A DNA stretch of 64,000 bases from Camelus dromedarius (Eukaryota): positions 21,638,001-21,702,000 of the forward strand of contig NC_087462.1 of NCBI RefSeq assembly GCF_036321535.1, written 5' to 3'. Below are positions 22,165 to 34,181 of this stretch, one piece after another. The notes below the pieces were generated by a model that was not told the DNA's origin, did not search any database, and was given only the letters and a program-made list of their open reading frames with translations. The position numbers were made by a program, and so were the translations under genes. Position 1 is the first letter of the stretch. Each line of letters opens with the position of its first letter.

Positions 22165-22285
22165 ATCATGTGAGAGGTGGAAGGGGCCCTTAGGAGCCTC
22201 CAGTCTGCTCCCTTTGGGCAGACCAGGAAGCTGAGGCCCAGAGAGGGAAACTGGACGCCCAAGGTCACACAGCCATTTAGGTCAT
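22165..22285 (-). mobile_element. MIR
   Basis: CTGAGGCCCAGAGAGGG ... GCCCAAGGTCACACAGC. Confidence 0.8.
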
Positions 22286-22339
22286 CCATGTCGTGCCAAG
22301 TTACGTGGAACCTGAGCAAATGGAAACATCCGTAAAACC

Positions 22340-22510
22340 GATTTTATTGTAAAATTTAGTATTTTGGTCATATAATCTTTGCATTAACTTTGACGTTGGG
22401 AATATATTGCATTAAAATATTGCTTATCTTGATTACTGAGTTTTTTTGATATCCCTTTAAAATCCACTCCCAAGGCAAGTGCCTCACCCCAAGGAGGGAG
22501 TCAGGGTAGA
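22340..22510 (-). mobile_element. hAT-Tip100 relic (MER96B-like)
   Basis: TATTGCATTAAAATATT ... CTTGATTACTGAGTTTTTT ... AGGCAAGTGCCTCAC. Confidence 0.65.
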
Positions 22511-22569
22511 GAGTCAGGATGGCATCCTGGACCTGTATTCCCTGCTGGGAAGTGCACTGCCCTTCCTCA

Positions 22570-22700
22570 GACGGGCAGCACACATCTGGATCCCAGTCCG
22601 GCCTCCAGCATCAGCCCCATCAGCCCCGCTTGGGTGACCATGGGCAGGTCACTGAACGTCTATGAATTTCAATTTTCTCCTCTAAAAATTTGGCAGCCCC
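22570..22700 (+). mobile_element. MIR
   Basis: GTGACCATGGGCAGGTCACTGAAC. Confidence 0.65.
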
Positions 22701-22721
22701 CATTAGTTTTGTTAATTATTA

Positions 22722-23083
22722 TTATTTTTTTAATTGAAGTATAGTCAGTTTGCAATGTTGTGTCAATTTCTGGTATGTATCATAATGTTTCAGTCATACA
22801 TATACATGCATATATTCCTTTTCATATTCTTTTTCATTGTAGGTTGCTACAAGATACTGAATATAGTCCCCTGTGCTATGCAGAAGAAACTTGCTGTTTA
22901 TCTATTTTAAATATAGTAGTTAGTATTTGCAAATCTCGAATTCCCAATTTATCCCTTCCTACCCCGTTCCCCTCCTGGTAACCATAAGTTTGTTCTCTAT
23001 GTCTGTGAGTCTGTTTTTGTTTTGTAAATAAGTTCATTTGTGTCTTTCTTTCTTTTTTCTGTTTTAGATTCCACATGAGTGAT
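22722..23083 (-). mobile_element. Young 5'-truncated L1 3' end (camelid-type)
   Basis: T-rich tail then AATTGAAGTATAGTCAGTTT ... GGTAACCATAAGTTTG ... TAGATTCCACAT. Confidence 0.9.
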
Positions 23084-24397
23084 CCTTATTTAACTGAGAT
23101 TTTTTCCAAGGGTCTGCCCTGTGCCTGGGGATAGGGGCCTGAGTCAACATTATCATCTTCTCTTTTTCCTTTGGAAACAAGTCAATAGCTATTTGATGCT
23201 TAATATCCCAGAGGCCAGCCTGGATGCTCTCAGTCTCTTCGGCAACTGGTGGTTCTAGTCCGAGTAGGCTGCCCCCGTTCTGCTCAGAACCCTCCAGAAA
23301 CCTGACCTCTGCCTCTCCCATCCTCCCCTCCCTTCCAGCCGCATTCCCCGACTCCTGGGCGTGAGATAAGACCGCTGTCTCCTGCTCCGTTCTCCTCTGT
23401 CTGGCCCAGCAGAGCTAGTGTGTATGATTTGAGTTTTCTATATTTATAGCGACAGGGGTGGGAGACCCCGGCAGGGGGTTGGGTGGCGGGTCCTGAGCTT
23501 CTGGGTCTGTGGAAGCCGCTGGCCACTGAGGGGATTTAAGTCTCTGCCCCGCTGGTTGTAATTCTGGAGCTGCTGGGGGTCGGGTCCCTCTGGCTGCGAT
23601 GACAGGCCTTCAGCAGGCACTGTAATTGTAGTTAAAACCACCCATTTTCCTCCTGGCAAGCTGTAGTTAAAGAGGTGCTAGCGGGCAGCCTGCTTGTCTG
23701 CAGTGAGGCTGATCAAAGGGCTGAAGGCATCTGTTTTGTCTCTGTTTTCTTTCACCACCCCCATCCCCGCCCCCGTCCTTTGAAAAAAAAAATAGTTAAA
23801 AAGTAATTTATGAAAATGAATACCTGTCCTTCTCCGGAGGCTAAAAGGCAGCCGCATATTAGAGATATTAAATGTGAGCTGGGCGTTTTTTTTACACTTT
23901 GGTCAGTTTTATAATGAGAAAATTGGAGCCTGAGAATGCTCCTGACATATCTGCTCCCGTTAAAACGTCTCGGCAGGGTTTTTATATTACCGGGTCCGAC
24001 TTTACACCCTGAGGATTTCCTGAAGAAGATGAAACTCTCCGACCTCCCGTCCAGGACTGGCCGTAGTGTCCTGACTGGTCCACACCCGACTGCAGGCCTC
24101 CCAACCCACCTCTCTCCATTTGCCTGGAACTCAATGTAGAGGTTGTGCTGTGCAAGGTGGTCCAGGACTCCAGCCTCCGCCTCTTCTAAGGGCCCTGCAG
24201 TTTCGGAACTTTCTCCTTATGTGACTGCCCCCCAAAAAGTTTTTCAAGGAAGCAATCCACCCACCCCATCCTCACACACTTTTCACTCAGTTTACACACG
24301 AGAAGGAAATACCTAGAGAAGAGCAGGGACCCAGAACCCGCTGGGGACTCTGAGGATGTGGTGCACGTTTGAGGAAACCTTAAGAGAATAATTCATT

Positions 24398-24400
<3 letters not shown>

Positions 24401-24436
<36 letters not shown>
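24401..24436 (+). repeat. (AC)18 microsatellite
   Basis: Direct reading. Confidence 0.98.
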
Positions 24437-24441
<5 letters not shown>

Positions 24442-24889
24442 CACAACACATGTGACTCCTCTAAGCCATGCTGAAGTTGGGAGAAGCCTCGCTCAGCCAC
24501 GCTCCACTCTGCATGTAGACTTGGTGGGGAAGCGTCAGCTCCACGTGTCATTCTCATGGTCATTTACACATGAAAGCGTCACCATGCTGGTCCAGGAGGT
24601 GAGACCAGAGGGAGGTCTGGGTCCACCTGGCACCGTGCTAGGAGGGCTCACAACGTAGCTTCGAAGCTCCCCATCTTGCATCTCTTTCACATCCCCATGT
24701 GGCAAGATGTTGCGAAGCCCTCCATAGGCACCCGATAAGGACCAGCCGTGCCCTGTTGGATTTCCTGCCTGCCACCTTTAAGGGGTAATTCTCCACCCTC
24801 CTTGCCTCTCTCTTGGCTTCTGAGTCCTTCTGGGAACTCAGAATAAGAGAATCTCTGCACCTGTGTACAGAGAATTTATCGTTTTCAGG

Positions 24890-25050
24890 GTATTTTCATA
24901 GCCCTGTTGCCACAGAGTCTCCACCATGGTCCGCCATAAAAGAGGTGTTATTGTCCCCATTTTACAGATGGGGATATTCAAGGCTCCAAGGGAGGAAGGG
25001 GCCTCTCAAGGTTACAGGGATAGTAAATTGTGGGAACCATGTCTGAAATA
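24890..25050 (-). mobile_element. MIR
   Basis: TTATTGTCCCCATTTTACAGATGGGG. Confidence 0.75.
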
Positions 25051-25879
25051 CTCCAAAAGAAACCTCCCCACCACAGCCAGCCTCACCATGGCCAATGAAA
25101 CAACCCAGGCAGATCCAGGCTGGAAACTGCCCTTGACATTGAGCAGGTCATGTTTCTGCCCATCTCAGGGGTTGGAGAGGCCACAGGCATCAGGAGCCTG
25201 GTAATGTGAAGGCGCTCGTGCCCTCCCCTTGATGAGATTTGGCTCAAGGGGCAAAGCTTGCCTGTTGTCAGTTACTCCAGCGCCTGCTTGGGCCCTTTGA
25301 TTTTTCCCTTCCCTCCCCAGGGTCTGAGTGCAGCCTTGGAAAGTAGAACAAATTGTTCAGGCCTGTGGGCATGGAGATGCCCAGACTGACTCCTTCCTGA
25401 CTTCAGGCTTGCTCTCTCCCAGCAAGCTTGGCGGCTCATTAGCATAATTCAGCTGCCTATTTGTAGGGGCCATGTGAACATTCCTTCTGGTGCCCAAACA
25501 CCCCGAGGAAAGGAAGACTGTGCCGTCCCCACCGTTCAGTAATTCCGTTACATACGCCAGGACGCCACCGCTCCGTGCGGTATGGCCGAGCCAGTGGAAG
25601 TACTTTCTTCAAATGGGCTTTCATTCTCTTCCAGAATGAACTCCCTGGGGTGTCAGCCTTCTGTTCATTAGACTCCGGGCCTCTGCGTAGGAATGTTGAG
25701 CTGGATTGAATGGAGACAACCTCCCTGCCTGACACGCAACCCTGACCGGGGTGGGGGGGGGAGTCTGGGCCACCTCCCCCGCCCCTTCTCAGCGTCTCTG
25801 CGGGAACTTGCAGGTGAGTGAGATGTTCAAGGACAGTTCTGAGCCACAGCCAGTCTTCTCTGCGATGGGAGGAAGAAAC

Positions 25880-26340
25880 TGAACACCTACTACGTGCCAA
25901 GCACTGCCCTAAGCCCTTTGCAGAGTAACAATTACATGATACACGATGTAGTTAGTGCTTACCATGGACCAGATCTTGAGGCAGATATTTCCCATGTATC
26001 ATACCTCATTCAAGCTTCAGAATTACCCTGAGATCCATACTACTGCTGTCCACAGTGTTTTGGGTGAGGTTACAGAGAGAGAAGTAACTTTCCCGGGATC
26101 ACAGTTAACAAGCAGTGAGGCAGACATGCACGCCTAGGTATGTGTGACTCAAAATCCTAGTCTGCAAACCAACTATACAACATCAACTAAGGTGATCTTC
26201 ATCACAACCCAGGAGGATGGGGTTGCTAATTCCATTTGATACATGAGAAGATGATGAAGGCACAGAAAAGGTGTGTGACGCGGGTATCTCTCCTGAGCTC
26301 CCGTGTCTGCTGGGTGGAAAGGATGTGATTTGATCTTATG
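25880..26340 (-). mobile_element. Cluster of MIR fragments
   Basis: CTACTACGTGCCAAGCACTG and repeated MIR segments. Confidence 0.65.
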
Positions 26341-26389
26341 AAACCTAACCTGAAAGCAACATACTCAAAAACTAGGCTCTAAAGCCCCA

Positions 26390-26700
26390 CCAGATCCTCA
26401 GACATCTCATTCCCTTGAGGCCAGATGCCCTTTGCCTGAGCTAAGCGGCAAGCTTCTATTTATCTCTCAAGACCCAGTTCAAATGTCCCCTCTTCAGGAG
26501 AGATTTGCCTAATTATTCCAAGTATATTAGTGCCTCCTTCTCTGTGCACTGAGATAACCAAGTCTGTATACCCAGTGGTCACTTTTTATTTGTATCTGTC
26601 TCTCAGTAAACAGTAGCTTCTTAATGATGGAGCCCAAATCTTGTTTATCTGCATATCCTTCAACTTGGCACAGCATAGACACCAGAGTAGTAATGGAGTG
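26390..26700 (+). mobile_element. L2 3' fragment
   Basis: CTCAAGACCCAGTTCAAATGTCCCCTCTTCAGG. Confidence 0.7.
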
Positions 26701-26851
26701 TAGTGATTAGCTATTTCTTTCAGCAACCTTGGGATCTTCAAATGTATCCCTGGATGTGTTGCCCCCACGTCACTTATTTAATACAGACAGATCAGTGTTT
26801 TCAAATTGAGAGTGAGCATCACATATGAAGTTTAAAAAATATATAGATACT

Positions 26852-26985
26852 GGGGTGCATGCATTGTTTTGAATCAGTGTTTGTGTTTGTTTGGGGTAAA
26901 TACCCAGGGTGGAATGGCTGGGTCATATGTTAATTCTATTGGTACAGCCACTGTGGAAAACAGTATAGACATTTCTCAAAAAATA
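26852..26985. mobile_element. L1 fragment with internal inversion
   Basis: 26852-26940 antisense, 26941-26985 sense; the two pieces are adjacent in the L1 ORF2 C-terminal consensus. Confidence 0.75.
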
Positions 26986-27734
26986 ACTTAAGCTACTTTT
27001 GGAGAGGTTTCTGTCACTTGCAAATGTTAGTGTGGAGATGTGTTTACACACATCATGTGGTGTGTATGCATTTTAACGAATGACAGGGTTACACAATACT
27101 TTTCATACAAAAAGATAAGTTAATCAGTGTGAAATACTGCTCATACCCTGCCCCAGTGGCATAAGATCCTACAGCACTTAGCTCACGCCTTCCCTCTGTG
27201 TGTCCATGTCCTGGGCAGGGAGGTCCTCTGGCCTGACATGCTCTATGTATGTGCCCAAAACTGATGCAAGAAGTGTGGGGATGACATGAAGGATTTCTCA
27301 GCCATCACAGTCATGTGGAAGCCAGTTTTCTGATGACAGAGTTCTTGGAGGCGGATGGAATCCTGCTTCTTCAAACAGAAAACTGAAGGGAAAATTGAGG
27401 GCCACTGGCACAGAATCAGATGGACAGAGGTCATCTTTGAAGCTGTGGATACACAAAGACATTCTGTATTGTTATTTTGGGGGACTGAAGGGGTTTTTGA
27501 GGGGAGCCTTGACCCTTCCTGCTCTCCCTTACTCACTGACTTCACACCCAGTAAGATCAACCAAGTATGTAATAAGTTGTTTCGTAATATTGTTTGTCCA
27601 GTAAAGTTAGTTGTTGGTGTCTTTCCAGGAAATATTATGAGCTCACTCTTGGCCCACCCACTCTCCTTCAAAACAATCTCCTGCTCCATGTTTCTCCCTA
27701 ACCTTGTGTCCACTTGTCTACTGCAATGAATGCA

Positions 27735-28060
27735 GCTACATCAGTTTTTAAATCATCAGCTAAGCTTCTGCTACCCACCAGGCCTGTGCTGGCTTCCGTG
27801 GTCCCAACATGGATCAGAAGTGGCTCCTGACCTTCAGGAGGTTGTAACCTCTACTGAGAAATAGATAAGGAAATAGACAGGGCTTTGTCTTGTCTTTGAC
27901 AAAAGAACCAATAAAGGGTAGTCCAGGCACAGAGGAGGGTCTACTATCATTAGCAGCAGGTCAGGAGTGTTCATAGAACATGGCAGCTTTGATGTAGGCT
28001 TTGACGTATGTGTAGGAGTTTACCAAACAGCAAGAGAAGAAGAGGATCCCAAGGCTGCAT
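27735..28060 (-). mobile_element. L2 fragments
   Basis: CCAGGCCTGTGCTGG ... CTCCTGACCTTCAGGAG. Confidence 0.6.
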
Positions 28061-28594
28061 TCAAATATTTTCCAATTCAGATTCAAAAATTATGTCCCCC
28101 AAACATGTACCTCGCAGTAAAGGGTCTTTTTTTTCCTTACAAAAAATTGTGGAGGAGGGGAGAATTTATATCTCACTTGGAGATTTGTCTGGGGCCTTAT
28201 CCTAACCTGCACAAACTGCCTCCTGAGGGAAAGAGAATCTGGTAAAATATCTAATGTCTAAAAGCCACAAAAATATACAGAGCAGGAGCTAAGTCTGACG
28301 TATAAATGTATTAAATAAATGCATTCACAGCTCAATTTCCTCAGCCTCTGACTGCCAATAATTTATTCAGACAGCTTCAGCGGAAACAATTTCTTACTTG
28401 GTATAATAATCTGGAAAGGTGTGTTCAAATTTTCTTCATTCTATAGGGCTTTGTCCGTTTCTTGCCAAGAAAGCATTACATCCCTGGGCCTCTGGCCTCT
28501 CTGAGCTGAGGTGGGTGGGGGATGGACCAGTCCTCTCTGGCAGGAGAATCAAATGATTTTTATGCTTCTAGGTGCCTTCCTCCAATTCAATTTT

Positions 28595-28743
28595 GACCCA
28601 TTGGTTTTTTAATAGCATGTTGGTTAGTCTCCATGCTGTCTTTTTTTTTTTTTTTTTTTTTCTCATTTGTTTTTTTGTGGTTGATTTCTAGTTTCATGCC
28701 ACTGTGGTCAGAGAAGATGCTTGAAATAATTTCTGTCCTCTTA
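28595..28743 (-). mobile_element. Internal L1 ORF2 endonuclease fragment with TSD
   Basis: Minus-strand translation KRTEIISSIFSDHSGMKLEINH...WRLTNMLLKNQWV (frameshift in an A21 run); 12-bp direct repeats at 28583-28594 and 28744-28755. Confidence 0.9.
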
Positions 28744-28789
28744 CAATTCAGTTTTAATTGATGTACCCGGTGCCTTTGAATTTATGTAA

Positions 28790-29060
28790 AGTTTTCATCA
28801 GCATTTACAGTGACCCAGGGAGATGGGCTTGTGATTCACCCTCTTTTATAGGTGAGAGTCTGAAGCCCCGAAAGTGAGAAAGAAAGAACAGCGAGAAGAA
28901 GGGCAGAGGAAAAGGAAGACGTAATGGGCACCTACTTTTGAAGGTACTTTTCACTTGTGAGATCTAATTTAAGTCTTGCAAACAATCCTAAGAGGGAGGT
29001 ATTATGGGCCCATTTTACAGCTGAGAAACTGGGACTCAGGTGAAATAACCCTCAGAGAAT
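28790..29060 (-). mobile_element. Two MIR fragments
   Basis: CCCATTTTACAGCTGAGAAACTGGGACTCAG. Confidence 0.7.
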
Positions 29061-29924
29061 GCCAAGGCCTCCCTGTGGCCTGAGGTCCCTCGCCAAGGCC
29101 CTCTTAATTGAAATCAAACCCCAAGGCTCTTTGACACCATCTCTGTCCCTCTGAAAGGTGGTCCTGGGGACCTGCTACGTGCCTGTCAGTTAGGGGGTAT
29201 GAAGAAAGGTGAGATCCTAGCCTCTTGGCTGAGAAGTTCATCAGAATCCGGGAGAGGCCTCCTTCCCCGAGCACCCAAGGAGGTCTCTCTCCAGCCCGTC
29301 AAAGGGGAGGAGATCTTGTAAGCAGACTAAGCCTCCAGCAGGAAGGCTCAGCCCGCTGAGCTCTTCCATTCCCAGAACAAAGCGCTCACCCGCGGCTCCA
29401 GCAGCACTTGACCTCCGGGGTCAAGTGAACTTGTGAAGTTTCAAAGGCAAATCGGGCTGAAAAAGGGCCCACTTTGATTCAGGGGGTTAGGCGAAGCGCT
29501 GGAACACCATCGCCTGCCTTCCCTCCTCGTTCTCCAAAACAACAACTTCTAGCAGCCTCCATCCTGAGGATAATCCTCTTATTAACTAATCACAAAAAAT
29601 AAAAGGTGGCATTTGGTTATAGAACCAATTAGGATTCGTCATTCAGGGTAACAGAGGCCCCACAAACCATCCCGCAGACCCCTGCTTCTTCCTCTAGTCA
29701 ACAGATGCTCCCTAAATCCTGTGTATATAACCCTGGCCAAGGGCTTTCTGGTCCAGATACTCATTCATTCCTCACCACTGACGAGCAAATGAAGATGGCT
29801 TCCCTCACAGGGCAGACCAGGAAACGAGCTGAGAAAGATGATCAGGTTTCCCTGGTAACCTGGTAAAGGCAGAGTCGGGGTTTGACTTCAGGCCTCTCTA
29901 TTGCCAAAGCCCACGTGTTTGCCT

Positions 29925-30342
29925 TTTATCTTCAGCTCTCTTGAGGTATGACTTACAGATAATCATTACGCACTGTTAAGATGTACAATGTGAAGTGTTG
30001 ATATACGAACACATTGTGAAATGATGTCCCCTTTCCCTCACCCGCCATAAATCCTTTTTTTTGTGAGTGGTGAGAACATTTAAGAGCTACTCTCTAAGCA
30101 AATTTCAAGTATACAATACGTCGTTATTAACTCTAGTCACCATACTGTCCATCAGATCTTCAGAATTTAATCATCTTATACTTGAAAGTTCATACCCTTT
30201 GGCCAAACCCTCCCCCTCCATTTCCTCCACCCCTCCAGCTCCAGGTAACCACCATTCTGCTCTTTGCTTCTATGAGTTCGACTTCATCAGATTCCACATT
30301 TAAATGAGATGGTGCCAGTATTTATTTGTCTTTCTGTATCTA
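29925..30342 (-). mobile_element. L1MA-type 3' end
   Basis: GGTGAGAACATTTAAGAGCTACTCTCTAAGCAAATTTCAAGTATACAATAC. Confidence 0.9.
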
Positions 30343-30520
30343 AGACCATGCTTTTTCTACTGATCCCCATCAGTTTCTTTAAAGCTCCAGCCAGATTTTT
30401 TTAAATTATAAAAAATTTTTAATTAAAAATGTGAAAGTAAAGATCCCATTATTCCAATACACGATTTCTTTTCATTTGCTCTGTCTCAGACAGAGCACTG
30501 GTTGAATAATTGAATGGAAA

Positions 30521-30835
30521 NNNNNNNNNNNNNNNNNNNNNNNNNNNNNNNNNNNNNNNNNNNNNNNNNNNNNNNNNNNNNNNNNNNNNNNNNNNNNNNN
30601 NNNNNNNNNNNNNNNNNNNNNNNNNNNNNNNNNNNNNNNNNNNNNNNNNNNNNNNNNNNNNNNNNNNNNNNNNNNNNNNNNNNNNNNNNNNNNNNNNNNN
30701 NNNNNNNNNNNNNNNNNNNNNNNNNNNNNNNNNNNNNNNNNNNNNNNNNNNNNNNNNNNNNNNNNNNNNNNNNNNNNNNNNNNNNNNNNNNNNNNNNNNN
30801 NNNNNNNNNNNNNNNNNNNNNNNNNNNNNNNNNNN
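30521..30835. other. Assembly gap (315 N)
   Basis: N run; flanks are GAATGG-rich, so possibly a simple repeat. Confidence 1.
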
Positions 30836-31339
30836 TGGGTGAGAATGGAAGAATGGGCTAATTAATGATTTTACTTTCCTTTACATCCAGGACTTCTGTT
30901 TTAACCTACCTCTCATTTGAGCCATATATTACATACACACTTCATATCCCCCAGCACCCACCTCAGTTATCTCTCTACTAGACTGATAATAAATCAGGAT
31001 TGAGGAGGCCATCTTCCCAGTGTCCTGGACCACAACATGCCTGAGGTTAGAAAGGAGGGCTGAGAACAGCATTGTCCTGAGTCAGGGCCTACTCAGAACA
31101 GCTTGGCTGAGTAACTTCTTATGTGGGAGAATAGAGTAGGCAGCTAAAGCTGGTTGAGAAGGCTCCCAGGAAGGTGGCTGATCCCAGTGCTGTAGATCTG
31201 GGCCAGCGAAGAGGTGCAAGCCGGCTCCCACCCCCTCTTAGAGACCATGCATTAGGAGAACCTGTGAATCCTATACAGTCAGCCCAGGCATTCACAGCCA
31301 GCCTCCCATCAGTTTAAGACTGGCTCCAGGAGCAGTGTA

Positions 31340-31560
31340 GATGGGTATAGAGGGAAGAGCACTGGTTTAGGAGTCAAGCAAAGACTTCCATTGTGCCTCT
31401 GATCCTGGGAAAATCTCTTAGCCTTGCTGAGTCTCATCTATAAATGGAGACTAGAGATAATACCTACAGTAGGGCTGTTGGGCTTGGAGGCTGGGGTAGG
31501 GCGAGGGCTGCATTGCAGAGGATGGGCAAGTGCCTGGCACAGAGCTGGGAAAATACTAGG
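31340..31560 (+). mobile_element. MIR
   Basis: GAGCACTGGTTTAGGAGTCA ... CTCATCTATAAATGGAGA. Confidence 0.75.
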
Positions 31561-32339
31561 TAGGTGCTTAATAGTTGTTAGCCCATCCATCCTTGTATCT
31601 CTGGTCTTTGTGGCTGACTTCTGGAATACAGAAATGGGACTAGCTCTTTGTGTAGCTACAGTCCAAATTTTCTATCTTCTGACACACTGGAATGGAAATT
31701 CGATGAGTTTAGTCTCGGTGTGTGTTTCATTTACTGGATCCTGCTTGGCTAAACCTGGGGTCTCTCAGTGGAGACAGTTGGAAAGGCCCTGAGCTACAAT
31801 CTGTTGAGAATATGATTCTGAATTCGCTCCCATTTCCCACAGTGATGCAGAAAGCTGATTTTCTTCCTCCTGCTCCACTGACTCGGCAAGGACGTGATCC
31901 TCTTAACCAATAGCCCCAGCCAGGAAAGGGGAGTATTCCATGCTCCCCATCTGCAGTGTGTCATGAAAAGGAAAGGAAAAATAAAGAAAGCTTTAACAAC
32001 TTGCCATATTGTATGCTTTGGAAGAGCCTGGTAAACTTTCTAGCAAATTGCTTCTAATTATAGGAAACCTGCCTTTGGCTGCAGGGAATGCTCGCCAGCA
32101 TCATTCCAGTTTTCCGTTCTTGGCAGAAGCAGACGTTTCTCCCATTATTATTTCAGTTGGCTGGAGAGATTGACAACACATTTATCAAATGGGGCACAGA
32201 GCTGCCCCCGCAGAATAGTGCCCTAGAGAAGGTAGCCCTGGGGAGCCCAGCAAAAGAGGCCAACAGTTGACACGGTCCTGATGCAGTTTCCAGAACCCGC
32301 GTCAGCCCATCTGTAATGATACTCTGTCCTATAATCAAT

Positions 32340-32740
32340 TTCTTTTTAAGAAGTTACAAAACGCATACATGCTTATTTTCTTAAAATCTACAGAAGGAAG
32401 TATAGCAAAATATCAAATTTCCACATCCTCCCTTCCCCAAGCCCGTATCCCTCCCCAGGAAGGGTCACCATTCCACTGCTTTTTTTCTGACCCTGCTCAT
32501 GCCTTTTGAGCGTCTTCTGCTCAGTTGTTCCATTTGGGTACAACATCTGGTCCCATTCACCCGGGACCTTTTCACATACTTCTCTTTATCTCTCTTTGAA
32601 ATGTGTTCGTAGTTTAAATATTTTTTTTTATAAATTGGGTTATGCATTTAGCTCTACAACTTGCTTTCTTCACTTAACAGTAAATTCATATTGGAGATCG
32701 TCCTTGACAGTATCTGTAGATGGACTTCATTCATTAAGGT
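32340..32740 (-). mobile_element. Ancient L1 (L1ME-like)
   Basis: CAACTTGCTTTCTTCACTTAACAGT ... TTGGAGATC. Confidence 0.6.
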
Positions 32741-32756
32741 CTGATAGTCTGCAGTA

Positions 32757-32880
32757 GTACAGTCCAGTAGAAATACAGTGCTGGTCACACGTGTCATTTT
32801 ACATTTGCTAGTAGCCAACTTAAATTCAAAAGAAACAGGGGAAGTTCATTTTAACGTCCCACATGTCATCAACCTTTGTC
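32757..32880 (+). mobile_element. MER33-like hAT-Charlie fragment
   Basis: GTCCAGTAGAAATA ... CTAGTAGCCAAC ... AAAAGAAACAGG. Confidence 0.7.
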
Positions 32881-33529
32881 TGCAAAGGTCATACCTACGG
32901 TGATGTTATGGCATCGTGGGAATCTTAGAAGTGTCTGGCTGTTATTTCTGGGAGTGCCCAAGGGGTGACTCACGTTTCAGATACAGTCACTCGGTAACAT
33001 TCCTTCCCTTCTTTCTCTCTCGTCTCTGTTCCCACCAGTGCCCATCCACCATCTAAAACTGCCTAGTAGAATCTCCCCGTGGCTCTTGGGTTTCAGGAGA
33101 GCATGAATGTTCATGCCAGGGAGGTCATCCTTGAGGTGCTGGTGGTTTCTGGGCAGAGGTGTGGGGCACCCTTTGGCAACACCCCAACACATGTTGTCAG
33201 CTAGATTCCAGAGCAGTTCTGCTGGAGGCCAGAGGTGCACAGAATATTTCTGGAACCATTCTTTTGGTTTATTTCTTTTATGATCTTCTTCCCAAAGGTC
33301 TCCAAGCCAGTCTGGAGAACCCTGGGGGAGGCGGACACTGCTTTATCCTTACCCACCCTATTCTCCTGGTCCATCTCCTAACAAAAATACTCATTTCTCA
33401 GTTTTCCCACAGCTCCCCCACACATGAATAGGTGTGAGTAGTTACTTGGAAGTGGGTCAGGAGCAGAGCAGCTGTGGAGAAGAGAAAATAGTTAGTCTGG
33501 ACCCCAGCTAAAACAGCCAAAAATTCTAT

Positions 33530-34050
33530 GACTCCTTCATTCACTCACTTATTCATTCATCCATTTCACAAAGATTGAGCTTCTATCCTGCCCCAGGTCT
33601 TTTTTTTTTTTTTGGATTCACAGAATGTCTGATTCCTGCTTTGAAAGAGTTTACAGTCTTATAGAGGAGACAGACAGGCAGGTCAGCCCACACAACACAT
33701 GTGGAAAGTATCTGGCTAATAGTTAAACACACAAAAAATTGGGCAACCAGGGTTTTATCTGGGGACAGAAGGAAGCCAGCCTTGACTGGGAGAGTGGATA
33801 GTGGTTAGCCAGGGAAGACAGCCATCATGTGGACTGTGCAAGATTAGTAGGAGTTTGCCAGGGGGGACAAAGGAGAGAAGAGCACTCTAGGCAAAGGGGA
33901 CAGTGAGTGAAAGCACAGAGTGGGCAGGCAGAGGGGACAGTTTGTGAAGCCACCAGGGTGTGATAATGTGGAGTATGGGGTAAAGTGGAGGAACTTCTGC
34001 TGGAGAATCAGAAGAACCAGCCCAACTAAATCCTTTCTAGCCATCAGACC
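33530..34050 (-). mobile_element. L2 3' region
   Basis: TTCATTCACTCACTTATTCATTCA tail followed by L2 body. Confidence 0.75.
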
Positions 34051-34052
34051 AG

Positions 34053-34181
34053 NNNNNNNNNNNNNNNNNNNNNNNNNNNNNNNNNNNNNNNNNNNNNNNN
34101 NNNNNNNNNNNNNNNNNNNNNNNNNNNNNNNNNNNNNNNNNNNNNNNNNNNNNNNNNNNNNNNNNNNNNNNNNNNNNNNNN
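34053..34181. other. Assembly gap (129 N)
   Basis: N run. Confidence 1.
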
